Shown here piece by piece: positions 14,023 through 29,123 of a stretch of DNA of 64,000 nucleotides (position 1 is its first letter; each line of letters starts with the position of its first letter). The notes under the pieces are model-generated. The model was given only the letters and a program-made list of their open reading frames with translations, was not told the DNA's origin and made no database searches. The DNA comes from the human T2T-CHM13v2.0 reference genome, Homo sapiens: assembly GCF_009914755.1 (NCBI RefSeq), contig NC_060936.1; one strand, given 5' to 3'. The position numbers and the translations under genes were made by a program.

Positions 14023-14819
14023 TATTTAAAGAAATATCTACTGAAACTACATTTTTGGAAAATTTTTAAACAGACTATAAATTTCACTTTTTATTTCTTT
14101 AGTGTACTGATAGTCTTTTATAGATGATACATTCATCTTATTCTTAAATAATGCCACATAATTAGAGGAATGTTTTCTGACAGTTGCTTTCACAATATTC
14201 TCTCCATGCTGATAGATTTTTTTTCCAAACAATTTTTAAAAGCCAACTTTACCTCAAAGGGAAAGATTCAGTACTTGCTAGATAGTAGACTACTGATGGC
14301 TGCTAGTCACAGAAAAGATCAGAAATTTCTATTTTTGCAGGATACAAATGCTTAGTGTATCTTTATATTTTAAAATTTCTTCATAAAATTTGCCATGGTA
14401 TTATGACTAAATCTCTGTTATACAATATACTTAGGGTTACTCTCATTTATTGTAAAGATCCTATTAATTTAGAAAATCTATTTCATGAATTTGGAGCTGC
14501 AAGTTATAACATGTCGAAATGCTTTGGGGTGAAAAGCACAGCAACAGGTGAGCATGCTATTATTTCTCCTTTGTTTTGTACAAAGAGGTGTTTTGTCCCA
14601 CTCTGCCCATAAAATTTGTTGTGTTCAAGATATGATACGGGCAAGTGAAGACACTAGTTTTCATTCATATGTTGCATTAATGTATTACTAAATTTAGATT
14701 TCCTTCTTCTGTGTTTAGAAATTAGCAGAGGTGACAGTTATTCTACTTGTTTCCATTACCACAAATGAATCCACTTATGCATTCCCTACGGTTTGCACTG
14801 CCCACTTTGGATTATGGAT

Positions 14820-15089
14820 CAGTTCTGTACAGCAGAAGTGTAACATAACCCACAGACGAAAGCCACATGTGTAATTTTGAATTTTGTAGTAGCACATTAG
14901 AAAAGTAAAAAGAAGCAGGTGAAATTAATTTTAGTATACTCATTGAACTTAATATACTGGAAATATTATCATTCAATATAAAAATAATAAGAAAAATAAA
15001 TGAAGTATTTTACATTTTTGTAATGAGTCTTTAAAATTTAGTGTGTATTCTATGCTTAAAGCACATCTTCATTCAGACACACCACATTT
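14820..15089 (+). mobile_element. MER33 (hAT-Charlie) left portion
   Basis: 'gccacatgtgtaattttgaattttgtagtagcacattagaaaagtaaaaagaagcaggtgaaattaatttt...cacattt' matches remembered MER33 up to about 50 bp before its end. Confidence 0.82.
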
Positions 15090-15134
15090 ATTTACTTGTT
15101 TTGTTATTTCTCTACAATATACATGGGAGCACAA

Positions 15135-15432
15135 AGGACATTGTGCTAAGTGAAATAAGCCACTCACACAAGAACTAATACTACAGTATTCCACTCACAT
15201 GAGGTCTGTAAAATAGTCAAACTCATAGAAACAGAGTAGAAGTGTGGCTTCCAGGGGTTGGGGAAGTGAGAATGGGGAATTGCTGTTCAATGAGTATAGA
15301 GTTTCAGTTATTCAAAATGTATACATTCTAGAGATCTACTGAACAACATTGTGTCTATAGTTAATAACCCTGTATTGTACATTTAAAAATTTAATAAGAT
15401 GGTAGATCTCATGTTAAATGTTCTTACTACAA
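15135..15432 (+). mobile_element. L1MA/L1MB 3' end fragment
   Basis: 'ggacattgtgctaagtgaaataagcc...aaaatagtcaaactcatagaaacagag...ggtagatctcatgttaaatgttcttac'. Confidence 0.85.
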
Positions 15433-15500
15433 TTTTGTTTTCCCTTACAACTTTTATTTTAGGTTCTGGGGTACATGTGCAGGTTTGTTAGATGGGTAAA

Positions 15501-15589
15501 TTTTTTTTTTTTTAGACGGAGTTTCTCTCTGTCACCCAGGCTGGAGTGCAGTGGTGTTATCTCGGCTTACTGCAAGCTCGACCTCACAG
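15501..15589 (-). mobile_element. severely 5'-truncated Alu (AluY-like right-arm end) with TSD
   Basis: T13 tail + 'agacggagtttctctctgtcacccaggctggagtgcagtgg...tgcaagctc'; TSD TAGATGGGTAAATTTT at 15489-15504 and 15590-15605. Confidence 0.9.
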
Positions 15590-17719
15590 TAGATGGGTAA
15601 ATTTTGTGTCAGTGGGGTTTGGTGAACAAATTATTTCCTCACCCAGATAGTGGGCATAGTACATGATGGGTAGTTTTTCTAGCCTTACCCTCCTCCCTCC
15701 ACCCTCAAGCAGGCCCCAGTGTCTATCGTTTCCTTCTTGTGTTCATGTATACTCAGTACTTAGCTCCCACTTATAAATGAGAATATGTGGTAATTGGTTT
15801 TCTGTTCCTGCATTAATACGCTTAGGATAATGGCCTCCAGAAGCATTGCTTGCACATTACTGCAAAGGACATGATTTTGAACTTTTTTATGGCTTTGTAG
15901 TATTCCGTGGTGTATATATATATCACATTTTAAAAATCCCGTTCATCACTGATGGGAATCTAGGTTGATTCCATGTCTTTCCTATTGTGAATAGCGCTGC
16001 CATGACTGTAAGTGCGCATGTGCCATTATGGTAGTAAGGGGACTGCTGAGTCAAATAGTAGCTCTGTTTTAAGTTCTTTGAGAAATCTCCAGACTGCTTT
16101 CCACAGTGGCTAAACTAATTTGCATTTCCACCAGTAGTGTATAAGCATTCCCTTTTCTCTGCAACTTTGCCAGGATCTGTTATTTTTTGACTTTTGTTAA
16201 TAGTCATTCTGGCTGGTGTGAGATTGTATCTCATTGTGGTTTTGATTTGCATTTCTCTGAGGATTAGTGAAAATGAGCTTTTTTTATATGCTTTTTGGCC
16301 ATGTGTATGTCTTCTTTTGAGAAGGGTCTGTTAATGTCTTTTGCTCATTTTTAAGAGGTTGTATTCTGCTTGTTGATTTAAGTTCATTATAGATTCTGGA
16401 TATTAGACTTTTGTCAGATATATAGTTTGCAAACATTTTATCCTATTCTGTAGATTGTTTACTCTGTTGACAGTTTTTTTTTGTTGTTGTTGTTGTTGTT
16501 TATTTTGTCAAGCAGAAGTTCTTTAGTTTTATTAGGTCCCACTTCTCAATTTTTGTTTTTGTTGCTATTGCTTTTGGAGTCTTCATCAAAAAATCTTTAT
16601 CAGGGCCTATGTCAAGAATGGTATTTTCTAGATTTTCTACTAGTATTTTTATACCTTTAGGTTTTACATTTAAGCCTTTAATCTATCTCGATTTGATTTT
16701 TGTAAATAGTGAAATCTAAGTGTCCACTTTCAATCTTCTGCATATCGCTAGCTAGTTATCCCAGCACCATTTATTAGATAAGGAGTCCTTTCTCTGTTGC
16801 TTGTCATTGTCATGTTTCTTGAAGATCAGATGGATGTAGATGTGTTACTTTACTTCTAGGTTCTCTAATCTGTTCTGTTGGTCTATGTGTCTGTTTTTAT
16901 GCCTGTACCATGCCGTTTTGGTTACTATAGCCTTATAATATAGATAGAAGTTGTGTAGCTTGATGCATCTGGCTTTGTTATTTTTTGCTTAAGATTGCTT
17001 TGTCTGTTCAGTCTCTTTTGATTCCATGTGAATAATTTTAGAGTACTTTCTAATTCTGTAAAAAATGTCATTGATAATTTGATAAAAATAGCATTAAATC
17101 TGTAAATTGCTTTCAGCAATGTGGCCATTTTAACGATATTGATTCTTCCTATCCATGAGCATGCAATATTTTTCTATTTGTTTGTGTGAACACTGATTTC
17201 TTTCAGCAGTGTTTTGTAATTCTTGTAGAGATCCTTCACCTCCCTGATTAGCTGTATTGCTAGGTATTTTATTCTTTTTGTTGCTACTGTGAATAGTATT
17301 GCATTTTTTATTTTGCTCTTAGCTTGGACATTATTGGTGTATAGAAATGCTACAGATTTTGTACAATGATTTTCTATTCTGAAACTTTGCTGAAGGTGTT
17401 CAGCAAAGGAGCCTTTGGGCAGAGATTATACAGTTTTCTACATTTAGAATTATACTGGCTGTGAAGAGACATAGTTTGCCATTCTCTCTTCCTATTTGGA
17501 TGGCTTTTATTTCTTTCTCTTGCCTGATTGCTCTGGCTAGAACTTCCTGAAATATGTTGAATAAGTGTGGTGAGAGTGGGTATCCTTGTCTTCTTCCAGT
17601 TTTCTTAAAGTAAATTCTTCCAGCTTTTGCCTGTTCACTATAATATTGGCTGTGGGTTTGTCATAGATGGTGCTTATTATTTTGGGTTATCTTCCTTCTA
17701 TGCCTAGTTTGTTCAGGGT

Positions 17720-20290
17720 TTTGTTTTGTTTTATTGCACTTTAAGTTCTGGGATAGATAGTACAGAACATGCAGATTTCTTACGTAGGTATACACTTGTC
17801 ATGGTGGTTTGCTGCACCCTTCAACCCATTATCTACATTAGGTATTTCTCCTAATGCTATGCCTCCCCTAGCCCCCTACCCCCGACAGGCCCCGATATAT
17901 GATGTTCCCCTCTCTGTGTCCCTGTGTTCTCATTGTTCAACTCCCACTTATGAGAGAGAACATGCGGTGTTTGGTTTTCCGTTCCTGTGTTATTTAACTG
18001 AGAATGATGGTTTCCAGCTTCATCCATGTCCCCGCAAAGGACATGAACTCGTCCTTTTTTATGGCTGTGTAGTATTCCATGGTGTATATGTGCCACATTT
18101 TCTTCATCCAGTCATTGATGGGCATTTGGGTTGGTTCCAAGTCTTTGATATTGTGAACAGTGCTGCAATAAACATATGTGTGTGTGTGTCTTTATAGTAG
18201 AATGATTTATAATCCTTTGGGTATATACCCAGTAATGGGATTGCTGGGTCAAATGGTATTTCTGGTTCTAGATCCTTGAGGAATCGCGACACTGTCTTCC
18301 ACAATAGTTCAACTAATTTACAATTCCACCAACAGTGTAAAAGCATGCCTATTTCTCCACATCCTCTCCAGCATCTGTTGTTTCCTGACTTTTTAATGGT
18401 CGCCATTCTAACTGGCGTGAGATGGTAACTCATCATGGTTTTGATTTGCATTTCTCTAATGACCAGTGATGATGAGCTTTTTTTCATATGCTTGTTGGCC
18501 TCATAAATGTCTTCTTTTGAGAAATGTCTGTTTGTATCCTTCACTCACTTTTTGATGGGGTTGTTTGATTTTTTTCTTGTAAATTTGCTTAAGTTCCTCA
18601 TAGATTCTAGCTGTTAGACCTTTGTCAGATGAATAGATTGCAAAAATTTTCTGCCATTCTGTAGGTTGTCTGTTCACTCTGATGACACTTTCTTTTGCTG
18701 TGAAGAAGCTCTTTAGTTTACTTAGATCCTATTTGTCAATTTTGGCTTTTGTTGCCATTGCTTCTGGTGTTTTAGTCAAAAAGTCTTTGCCTGTACCTAT
18801 GTCCTGAATGGTATTGCCTAGGTTTTCTTCTAGGGTTTTTTATGGTTTTAGGTCTTACGTTAAAGTCTTTAATGCATCTTGAGTTAATTTTTGTATAACG
18901 TGTAAGGAAGGGGTCTAGTTTCAGTTTTCTACATGTGGCTAGCCAGTTTTCCCAACACCATTTATTAAACAGGGAATCCTTTTCCCATTGCTTGTTTTTG
19001 TCAGGTTTGTCAAAGATCAGATGGTTGTAGATATGTGGCATTATTTCTAAGGCCACTGTGCTCTTTCGTTGGTTTATATATCTGTTTTGATACCAGTACC
19101 ATGCTGTTTTGGTTACTGTAGTCTTGTAATATAGTTTGAAGTCAGATAGCATGATGCCTCCAGCTTTGATCTTTTTGCTTAGGATTGTCTTGGCTATATG
19201 GGCTCTTTTTCAGTTCCATATGAAATTTAAAGTCGTTTTTCTAATTCTGTGAAGAAAGTCAATTGTAACTTGGTGGGGATAGCATTGAATCTATAAATTA
19301 CTTTGGGCAGTATGCCATTTTCATGATATTAATTATTCCTATCCATGAGCATGGAATGTTTTTCCATTTGTTTATGTCCTCTCTTATTTCCTGGAACAGT
19401 GGTTTGTAGTTCTCCTTGAAGAGGTTCTTCATACCCTTGTAGTTTGCATTCCTAGGTACTTTATTCTCTTTGTAGCAATTGTGAATGGGAGTTCACTCAT
19501 GGTTTGGCTCTCTTTTGGACTATTATTGGTGTATAGGAATGCTTGTGATTTTTGCACACTGATTTTGTATCCTGAGACTTTGCTGAAGTTGCTTATCAGC
19601 TTAAAGAGATTTTGGGCTGAGACAGTGGGGTTTTCTAAATATACAATCATGTCATCTGCAAACAGAGACAATTTGACTTCCTCTCTTCCTGTTTGAATAC
19701 CCTTTATTTCTTTCTCTTGCCTGATTGCCCTGGCCAGAACTTCCAATACTATGTTGAATAGGAGTGGTGAGAGAGGGCATCCTTGTTTTGTGCTGGTTTT
19801 CAAAGGGAATGCTTCCAGCTTTTGCCCATTCAGTATGATATTGGCTGTGGGTTTGTCATAAATAGGTCTTATTATTTTGAGCTACATTCCATCAGTACCT
19901 AGTTTATTGAGAGTTTTTAGCATGAAGTGGTGTTGAATTTTATCGAAGGCCTTATCTGCATCTATTGAGATAATCATGAGGTTTTTGTCATTGGTTCTTT
20001 TTATGTGATGGATTATGTTTATTGATTTGGGTATGCCATTCCTTCTGAAACTATTCCAAACAATAGAAAAAGAGAGACTCCTCCCTAACTCATTTCGTGA
20101 GGCCACCATCATCCTGATACCAAAACCCGGCAGAGACACAACAAAAAAAGAAAATTTCAGGCCAATATCCCTGATGAACTTCAGTGCAAAAATCCTCAAT
20201 AAAATACTGCCAAAGCGAATCCAGCGCCCCATCAAAAAGCTTACCCACAATGATCAAGTTGGCTTCATCCCTAGGATGCAAGGCTGGTTC
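17720..20290 (-). mobile_element. 5'-truncated L1PA7/8-like LINE-1 with 5' inversion (minus 17720-20035, plus 20036-20290)
   Basis: L1PA 3' UTR at ~17735; ORF2 RT motif LFADDMIVY in ORF 19429-19803; orientation flips at 20035/20036; TSD GTTCAGGGT at 17711-17719 and 20287-20295. Confidence 0.93.
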
Positions 20291-23200
20291 AGGGTGTTTT
20301 TTTTAACATGAAGGGATGTTGAGTTATATCAAAAGCCCTTTCTGTCTCTATTGAGGTAACCATGTGGTTTTTGCTTTTATTTCTATTTATGTGATGAGTG
20401 ATATTTATTGATTTGCCTATGTTGAACCAACTTTAAGTCCCAGGAATAAAGCCTACTTGATCATGGTAGATTGGCGTTTTTATTTGCTGCAGAATTCAGT
20501 ATGCTATTATTTTGTTGATAATTTTTGTATCTATGTTCATCAGGGACATTAACCTGAAGGTTTCTTTCTTCATTGTATCTCTGCCAGGTTTCGGTATTAG
20601 AATAATTCTGAACTCACACAATCAGTTAGGAAGGAGTCCCTTCTTCTCAATTTTCTGTAATAGTTTCAAAAGAATTACAACCAGCTCTTCTTTACACATC
20701 TGGTAGAATTTGGCTGTGGATCCTTCAGGTTCAGGAATTTTTCTGGGTGGCAGGTTTTTGTTTTGTTTTTAATTACTGATTCAATTTCAGAAATCCATAT
20801 TGGTCTGTTCAGGGTTGCAATTTCTTCCTGGTTCAATCTTGGGAGGTTTTATGTTTCAAGAAATGTTTCTATTTCCTCTAGGTTTCCTAGTTTATGTGCA
20901 TACAAGTGTTTGTAATGGTCTGGGGGCTTTTTAAATTTCTGTGGGGAAGACGGTAATGTCCCCTTTGTCACTTCAGATTCAGTTAATTTCAACATTCTCT
21001 TTTTGTCTTTATTAGCTTAGCTAGTGGACTATCAATCTTATTTATTCTTTCAAAAAGCAAACTTTTATGTTCTTTGATCTTCTGTATGGTTTTTCACATC
21101 TCAATTTCATTCAGTTCAGCACCGATATTTGTTATAATATTTGTCTTCTAGCTTTGGAGTTAATTTGCTCTCGTTTCTCTAATTCCTCTAGGTGTGATGT
21201 GAGGTTGTTAATCTGAGATCTTTGAAGTTTTTGATGTGGGTGTTTAATGTTATAAACTTCCCTCTTAACACCACCTTAGCTGTTTCCCAGGGATTCTAGT
21301 ATGTTGTACACTTTTTTCATTAGTTTCAAAGAAGTTCTTGATTTCTGCCTTAATTTCCTTGTTTACCCAAATCACTCATGAGCTGATTGTTTAAGTTCCA
21401 TGTCACTGTATAGTTTTAAAAGAGTATCTTGATATTGATTTCTATTTTTATTTCACTGTGTTCTAAAAACTCGGTTGGTATAATTTCAGGTTTTTTTAAA
21501 ATTTGTTGAGAATTGCTTTGTGGCCAAGCATGTGGTCAGTTTTAGACTATGTGCCACATGCAGATGAGAAGAATGTGTATTCTGTTCTTGGGTAGAGGGT
21601 TCTGTAGATGTCTCTCAGGTCCATTTGGTCAAATGTCCGGTTTAGGTCTGAAATGTCTTTGTTAGTTTTCTGCCTTCATTATCTGCCTAATTTGTCAATC
21701 GGACATTGAAATCTCCCACTATTATCCATTTGGATATATAAGTCTCTTCATAGGTCTTTAAGAACTTGTTTTATGAATTTGGATGCTCCATTGTTGGATG
21801 CATATACATTGAAGATAGTTAAGTCCTCTTGTCGAATTGAATTGTTTATCATTATGTAATGCCTTTCTTTGTTCTTTTTGATGATTATTGGTTTAAAGTT
21901 TGTTTTGTCTGAAATAAGAAAAGCCACCCTGCTCTTTTTTGCCTTCTATTTGCTTGATAGATATTTCTCCATCTCTTTACTTTGAACCTATAGGTGTCAT
22001 TGCATTTGAGATAAGTCTCTTGAAGAGAGCAAACAGTTGGGTCTTGCTTCTTTATCCAACTTGCCATTCTGTGGGTTTTAAGTGGGACATTTAGCCCATT
22101 TAAGTTCAAGGTTAATACTGATATGTGAACATTTGATTTTGTCCTCATGTTGTTAGTTGTTTGATATGTACACTTGATTGTGTAGTTGTTTTATAGTGTC
22201 ACTAGTCTATGTACTTAAATGTGTTTTTGTAGTGGCCAGTGACAATCTCTCATTTCCAATTTTAGCACTCCCTTCAGGACATCTTATATGACAGATCTGA
22301 TGGTAACAAAGTCTTTTAGCATATACTTGTCTAAAAAGGACTTTATTTTTCCTTCAGTTATGAAGTTTAGTTTGGCTGGATTTGAAATTGTTGGTTGGAA
22401 ATTATTTTCTTTAAGAAAGCTGAATATAGGCCCTCACTCTTTTCTGGTTTGTAGGATTTCTGCCAAAAAGTCCACTGCTAGACTGATGATATTCCCTTTG
22501 TAGGTGACCTGTCTCTTCTCTCCAGCTTCCTTTAATATATTTTCCTTCACATTGACCTTGGAGAATCTGAAAACTATGTGTCTTTGGGATACTCTTCTTT
22601 TATAGTATCCCAAAGAGGTTCTCTAAATTTCCTAAATTTGAATGTCAATATCTCTACCTCAGTTGGGGAAATTTTCATGGACAATGTTCTCAAATATATT
22701 TTTCAAGTTGCTTGTTCTCTCCCTCTGTTTCAGGAACACCAATGTGTCTGTTGTAGGTTTTGCCTATGTATACAATCCCATATTTCTTATAGGTTTTGTT
22801 CAATTTTAAAAATTCTTTTTACTTTATCTTTGTCTGACTGAGTTGATTCAAAGAACCAGTCTTTGGGCTCCAAAATTGTTTCCTCTGCTTGGTTTATTAT
22901 GCTGTTAAAACTTACAATTGAATTATGAAATTATTATAGTGAGTTTTTCAGCTCTATTATTAGATTAGGAAAGATTAGATTCTTTCCTAAAATGGCTAAT
23001 TTCACCTTTCACCTCTTGAATTGTATTACTGGATTCCTTAGATTACTTAGATTGGGTTTTAACTTTCCTGTGAATATTGATGATCTTCCTTGCCATCCAG
23101 TCTCTGAATTCTATGTCTGTCATTTCATCCAATTTAGTCATGAAGAATTATTACTGGGGAGCTAGTGCAGTCACATGGAGGTAAAAAGACATTGTGGCTT

Positions 23201-23397
23201 TCAGAGTGGCCAGAGTTCTTGCACTGGCTCCTTTAATCTGTGTGGGCTGAGGCTCTTTTAATCTTTGAAGTTGCTATGCTTTGCATGAGGCTTCTTGCTT
23301 TTATATTCTCTGAGGCCCTTGACAGTTTGACTCTGGTTTAAATTGGGTTTAGTTGACTGGCTTCATTTCTGAATGATTTCAGGGGGCCAAGGATTAG

Positions 23398-24078
<681 letters not shown>

Positions 24079-24654
24079 CTTTCCTTTTTCTTTAGTTCCT
24101 TACTCCTTTAATTCTTCTCTTCTCTGTAAATTAGAAGACTTTAGAAAGTATGCTCAGAACTTTTCAATATAACTTCTCTCTTCACAGCAGAGCATCTTCT
24201 TTCTAATTTGATCATTGCCACTTGAAGTTTGGATGTTATTCTTGTATCTTTTTCTTTGTTTACTTTCTCCTGAATTTTACCTGTCTGTAAATTAACTTGT
24301 TTAGTTTAGTTTTTTGTCTCTTTGTTTTATTCCATATTAAGAGAATGGTGTTCCATAATCCTGCCTTTCACTGTCATTCTTCCTCAAATTTTCTGTAATG
24401 TTATTTTGGTTTCATAATTTGGCTTTATGATCAGATAAAGGATTTTTAAGTATTTTTTTCAACTATCGTTGTATAGTCCTTGGCCTGTATAAAAATTTTG
24501 TCTGAGAATATGAATCTTTTTTTTCCTCTGTTATTTCTCCTTTGCCTTCTGAAAACAAGTAGCCTGAAGCCAACCCAATATTTATTCCTATATAAGTAAA
24601 CTTAAAAAATATTTAACACTTAACACTTACTTAAAAATTGGTTTTATTATGTCT

Positions 24655-24800
24655 TTTATTTTATTTTTATTTTTATTTTTTATTTTTTTTGACAAAGTCT
24701 CACTCTGTTGCCCAGGCTGGAGTGCAGTGACACAATCTTGGTTCACTGCAACCTCTGCTTCCAGGGTTCAAGCAATTCTTGTGCCTCAGTACCCCAAGTA
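24655..24800 (-). mobile_element. 5'-truncated Alu (right arm only)
   Basis: (TTTTA)n tail and Alu right arm ending at 'ccccaagta'; degenerate TSD atg(t/c)ct(t/g)ttatt. Confidence 0.88.
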
Positions 24801-25479
24801 ATGCCTGTTATTCAAAAATGTTCCAAAATATTTGTAAATGTATATATATAAATTTTGTTCTGAATGGGGTGGAACTCCAATTATAATATACCAACCCTGC
24901 TTAATTTTAAGAACGTTGATTCTATGTTACCTTACTTTTTTTTTATTTGTTTTCATTTCTCCTTGGCATATTTTCTCCCCAACTCTCTTTTGCGTATTTA
25001 ACATGATCATTCATTTTATCTTTTTGTCCTCTTTCTTTGCAGGCCTAAAGAACTTTCAAGTTTGACCTTTAGGTGAGAGACCTAATTTCCCATAATGTAA
25101 ATTTTACTCTTTATTTTTGCCATGGGGGATTTAATTTTCTCATTGCATTTGTTTATATTCTTTCACTCTCTCATAATCAGGTCAAATTCCTGTATCAGAT
25201 CATTTTAAAGGTATCCTTCTATTTTTTTGACTCTTCAACTCATTGTAGAGAATTTCTATTTCAATTTCTTTTGTCTTAATGATTATTTGCTCCTATTTCA
25301 GAGAGGCCATTGCCATTTCTTATTTCTGTGAGAATAAAAATAACATTCCCTTTTCTTTCATATTCTGCAGTAGATTATTTTTAGAGCTCTGCTTTTCTTA
25401 CATTTTTTTTCTGGTTGCTAGTTTCTTCCTCTTTTACCCCAGCCCCTGCCCACCTCACAATGTTTTCTCAAAAGCAGGT

Positions 25480-25573
25480 TTTCTTTTTCTTTCTTTCTTT
25501 CTTCTTTCTTTTCTTTTTCCTTCCTTCCTTCCTTCCTTCCTTCCTTCCTTCCTTCCTTCCTTCCTTCCTTCCT
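25480..25573. repeat. (TTTC)n/(TTCC)n microsatellite
   Basis: Direct reading. Confidence 0.95.
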
Positions 25574-25914
25574 ATTTGTTCATTCTCAGTGTTACCAATA
25601 TAAAACTTTTGCCCTTGTTTTGGGGTTTTATTCAATTGTAATTTTCTGGAACTCAGGAGTTGTAACCTAATAAAGTATATAAGTATATGCTAAGAACTAT
25701 AAGTTTCAGAAACATTACAATAAGAGATTTTCCTTCTCTGCTCACTGCCTATTCAACCACATTCTATGTTATTTTCAACCACATAGGTAGGTTATACCTA
25801 TTTATTTTCTGAGAATTATTGTCCCTTCCTATATATAGAAAGATGTTTGAAATGAAGTAAATCCATATTCTTGCTCTTTCACTTATGATACCACACAAGA
25901 TATAAAATGGACAT

Positions 25915-28200
25915 ATAAAACTCAATTGCTTTTCTGTGCACTAATTATGAACCGTTTGAAATATAAATCATGGAAACAGTGTCATTTAAAATAGTTAAAA
26001 AGAAATAAAACAGTTGAGAATAAATTTAACCAAGGAGGTGAAATACCTATACACTGAAAACTATTAAAAATGATGAAATAAATAAATAAATGGAAAGATA
26101 TTCTGTGTTCATATATTGGAAGAATTTATATTTTTAAAAAGTCCATCCTACCCAAAGAGATCTATAGATTCCATATAATCCCTATCAAAATTTCAATGAT
26201 ATTCTTCACATAAATAGAAAAAAAATCCTAAAATTGTTACCAAATCACAAAAGGCCCATAAAAATACCCTGAACAGCCAAGCAATCTGGAGCAAAAAGAA
26301 CACAGCTTGAGACATCACACTACCCAATTTAAAAATATTATACAATACTGTAGCAGTTAAACGAGTATATTGCTGGCATAAAAATAGACACATAGGCCAG
26401 GAGTATAGAATCGAGAACCCAGGAATAAATTCATGCATTTACACTCTATGGATTTTTGACAAAGGTGTCAAGAACACACAATGAGGAAAGGAAGGTGCCT
26501 TGATAAACACTGTTGGGATAACTGGATATCCACATGCAGAATAAAATCAGACACAATCTCATGCCATATGCAACAGTCAACTACAATTGATTAAAAACTT
26601 ACATGTAAGACCTGAAACTGTAAAATTAATGTAGAAAATGGAAGGAAATCTCCATGACATTGTTTTGGATAATGACTTTTTGGATATGAATCCAAAAGCA
26701 CTAGAAATGAAACAAAAATATACAAACGGGATTGAATCAAACTAAAAGCTCTGCACAGCCAAGAAAGCAATAAACAGAGTGAAGAAATAACCTACAGAAT
26801 CAGAGTAAATATTTGGAAACTACTCATCTGACAAGGGAGTAACATCCAGAATATACAAGGAACTCACATAACTCAATAGTTAGAAAAAAAAAAAAGAAAT
26901 CCAATTAAAAAAATGGGCAAAGGACCTGAATAGACATTTTTTCATAGGAAGACATACAAATAGCCAAGAGGTATATGATAAAATAGTCAACATCATTAAT
27001 CATCAGGGAAACGCAAATTAAAACCACAATGAGATATTGCCTAATGCCTGTCAGAATAGCTATTATCATAAAGGCAAAAGGTAAGAAATGCTTCCAAAGA
27101 TGTGCGGAAGAGGGAATCCTTGCATACTCTGTGACAATGTAAATTAATCCCATCACTATGAAAAACAGTATGGAGGTTCCTCAAAAAATTAAAAATAGAA
27201 CTAGCATGTAATTCAACCATCCCACTTCAGGGTATACATTCAAAGGAAATAAAATCACTGTGTCAAAAAATATTTGTACTCTCATGTTGATTGCAGCATT
27301 ATTCACAATAGCCAAGACATGAAATCAGTCTAAATGTCCATTAATGGATGAATGGAAAAGGAAAATGTAATATATACACAATGGAATACTAGTCAGCCTT
27401 AAAGAAAAAGATCTTGTAATTTGCAACAACATGGAGGACATTATGTTAGATTAAATAGGCCAGACATGGCTTATTTCAAAGACAAACCACATGATCTCAT
27501 TCACATGTGGAATGTGAAAAAGCTGACCTCACAGAAGTAGAGATTAGAAGGATGATTACCAAGGGCAGAGGCAGTGGTTGAAGAGAGAGTTAGGAGATGT
27601 TGGTCAAAAGTTACAATTTTTTTTTAGATTTTACTTTTGAGATGGAGTCTAGCTCTGTCACCCAGGCTGGAGTGCAGTGGTGCCATCTCAGCTCACTGCA
27701 ACCTCTGCTTCCTGGGTTGAAGTGATTCTCCTGCCTCAGCCTCCTAAGCAGCTGGGATTACAGGTGCATGCCACCATGCCTGGCTAATTTTTGTATTTTT
27801 AGTAGAGAAGGGGTTTTGTCATGTTGGCCAGGCTGGTCTCGAACTCCTAACCTCCGGTGATCCACCCACCTCGGCCTCCCAAAGTGCTGGGATTACAGGC
27901 ATGAGCCATGGCACTCAGGCACAAAATTTAAATTAGATAGGAGGATAAGTTCAAGAGGCCTATTGCTTAACATGGTGACTATAGTTAATGTATTGTGTTC
28001 TTGAAAATTGCTAAGAGAGTAGATTTTAAGTGTTCTCACAACAAAGAAAAAGATAAGTATGTGAAGTAATGCAAATGTTATTTAGCTCAATTTAGCACTT
28101 CCACAATGTACACATATTTAAAAACAATATTTTGTACAAAACAAACATATAATTTTTACCTGTCAATTAAAATGAAGAAATTGATTTTACAAAGAAAAAA
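25915..28200 (+). mobile_element. 5'-truncated L1MA (L1MA7/8-like), interrupted by an Alu
   Basis: Continuous decayed ORF2 3' half and L1MA-type 3' UTR ('ttgctaagagagtagattttaagtgttctcac'), A-rich tail ~28170-28205. Confidence 0.9.
27617..27920 (-). mobile_element. AluSx-like full length, inside L1MA
   Basis: Dimeric Alu; flanks 'acaattt' / 'acaaaattt' consistent with a TSD. Confidence 0.93.
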
Positions 28201-29123
28201 AGAAAGATACCTGCACAAAGTTATGGTATTTAGTAATTCTTGTTCTATGGCTTGAATCGTTGATATTAAACTATTTCTGAAATAATTTTCTGTACATATT
28301 TAAGAGACATATATTTCATAATAAATATTCTGGATATAATTTTCTGAAATGCTTGGCCAATCATTTAGCTTGATCATGATATTGTACCCAATAATGAATA
28401 AAAATCCTTCTACATAGTTGCTTTTATTTGGTTAATAGTATTTGGTATTAGGTATTCCCTTGTTAAAAATCTATGTGGATATTTATTGAGATGTTGAGCG
28501 TAACTATACAGGGAGCTATTGCTCAAATTTTATTTTGAATTGGTAATCTGGTCTTGGCTTCTGAAGTAGAGTTTATTAAACACACCATAGCCTTTTCAAA
28601 TATCTCTATGTAAAGCACTTTTTAAAGTACCTTACAAATGTTATGCAAGTTAGGTCTACAAGTAAATCTAACTCTCATTAATACCAATATGCTTGGACCA
28701 CAGAACACATGAATAATATTTAAGGAGCTTTCTTCATTGATTTCAAGTTTCACTTATAGGATCATAACTATGTTTCTCAAGAAAGAGATTGTTAGGAATA
28801 CAACCTATATTTGTGTTCGTGTGTGTTTTTCACAGAATGTATATGTACATGTACATGCATGTATGTATTGATTCAATCATAGTGTTGTTTATGTATATAC
28901 ACACACACTTATAAATATATAATTAAGTTCATTTAAATACATGGGATATTGAATTTATGGGAGCACTGTTATAAAACAATATTTCATAGAGATCACATTA
29001 TTTCTTCTCTCAATAAAATGTTGATATAGCAACTAAAATGTATTAGTAATGAAGAAACACTTTGAGGTGCTTTTTCTCAAATAAGTCAGTAAAACTAATG
29101 CTACTTAAAAAAATATACATACT

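Noticed and set aside
16925-22148. Multiple ORFs with L1 ORF2 EN/RT similarity
   Set aside because: Fragments of decayed L1 copies broken by stops and frameshifts; not functional genes.
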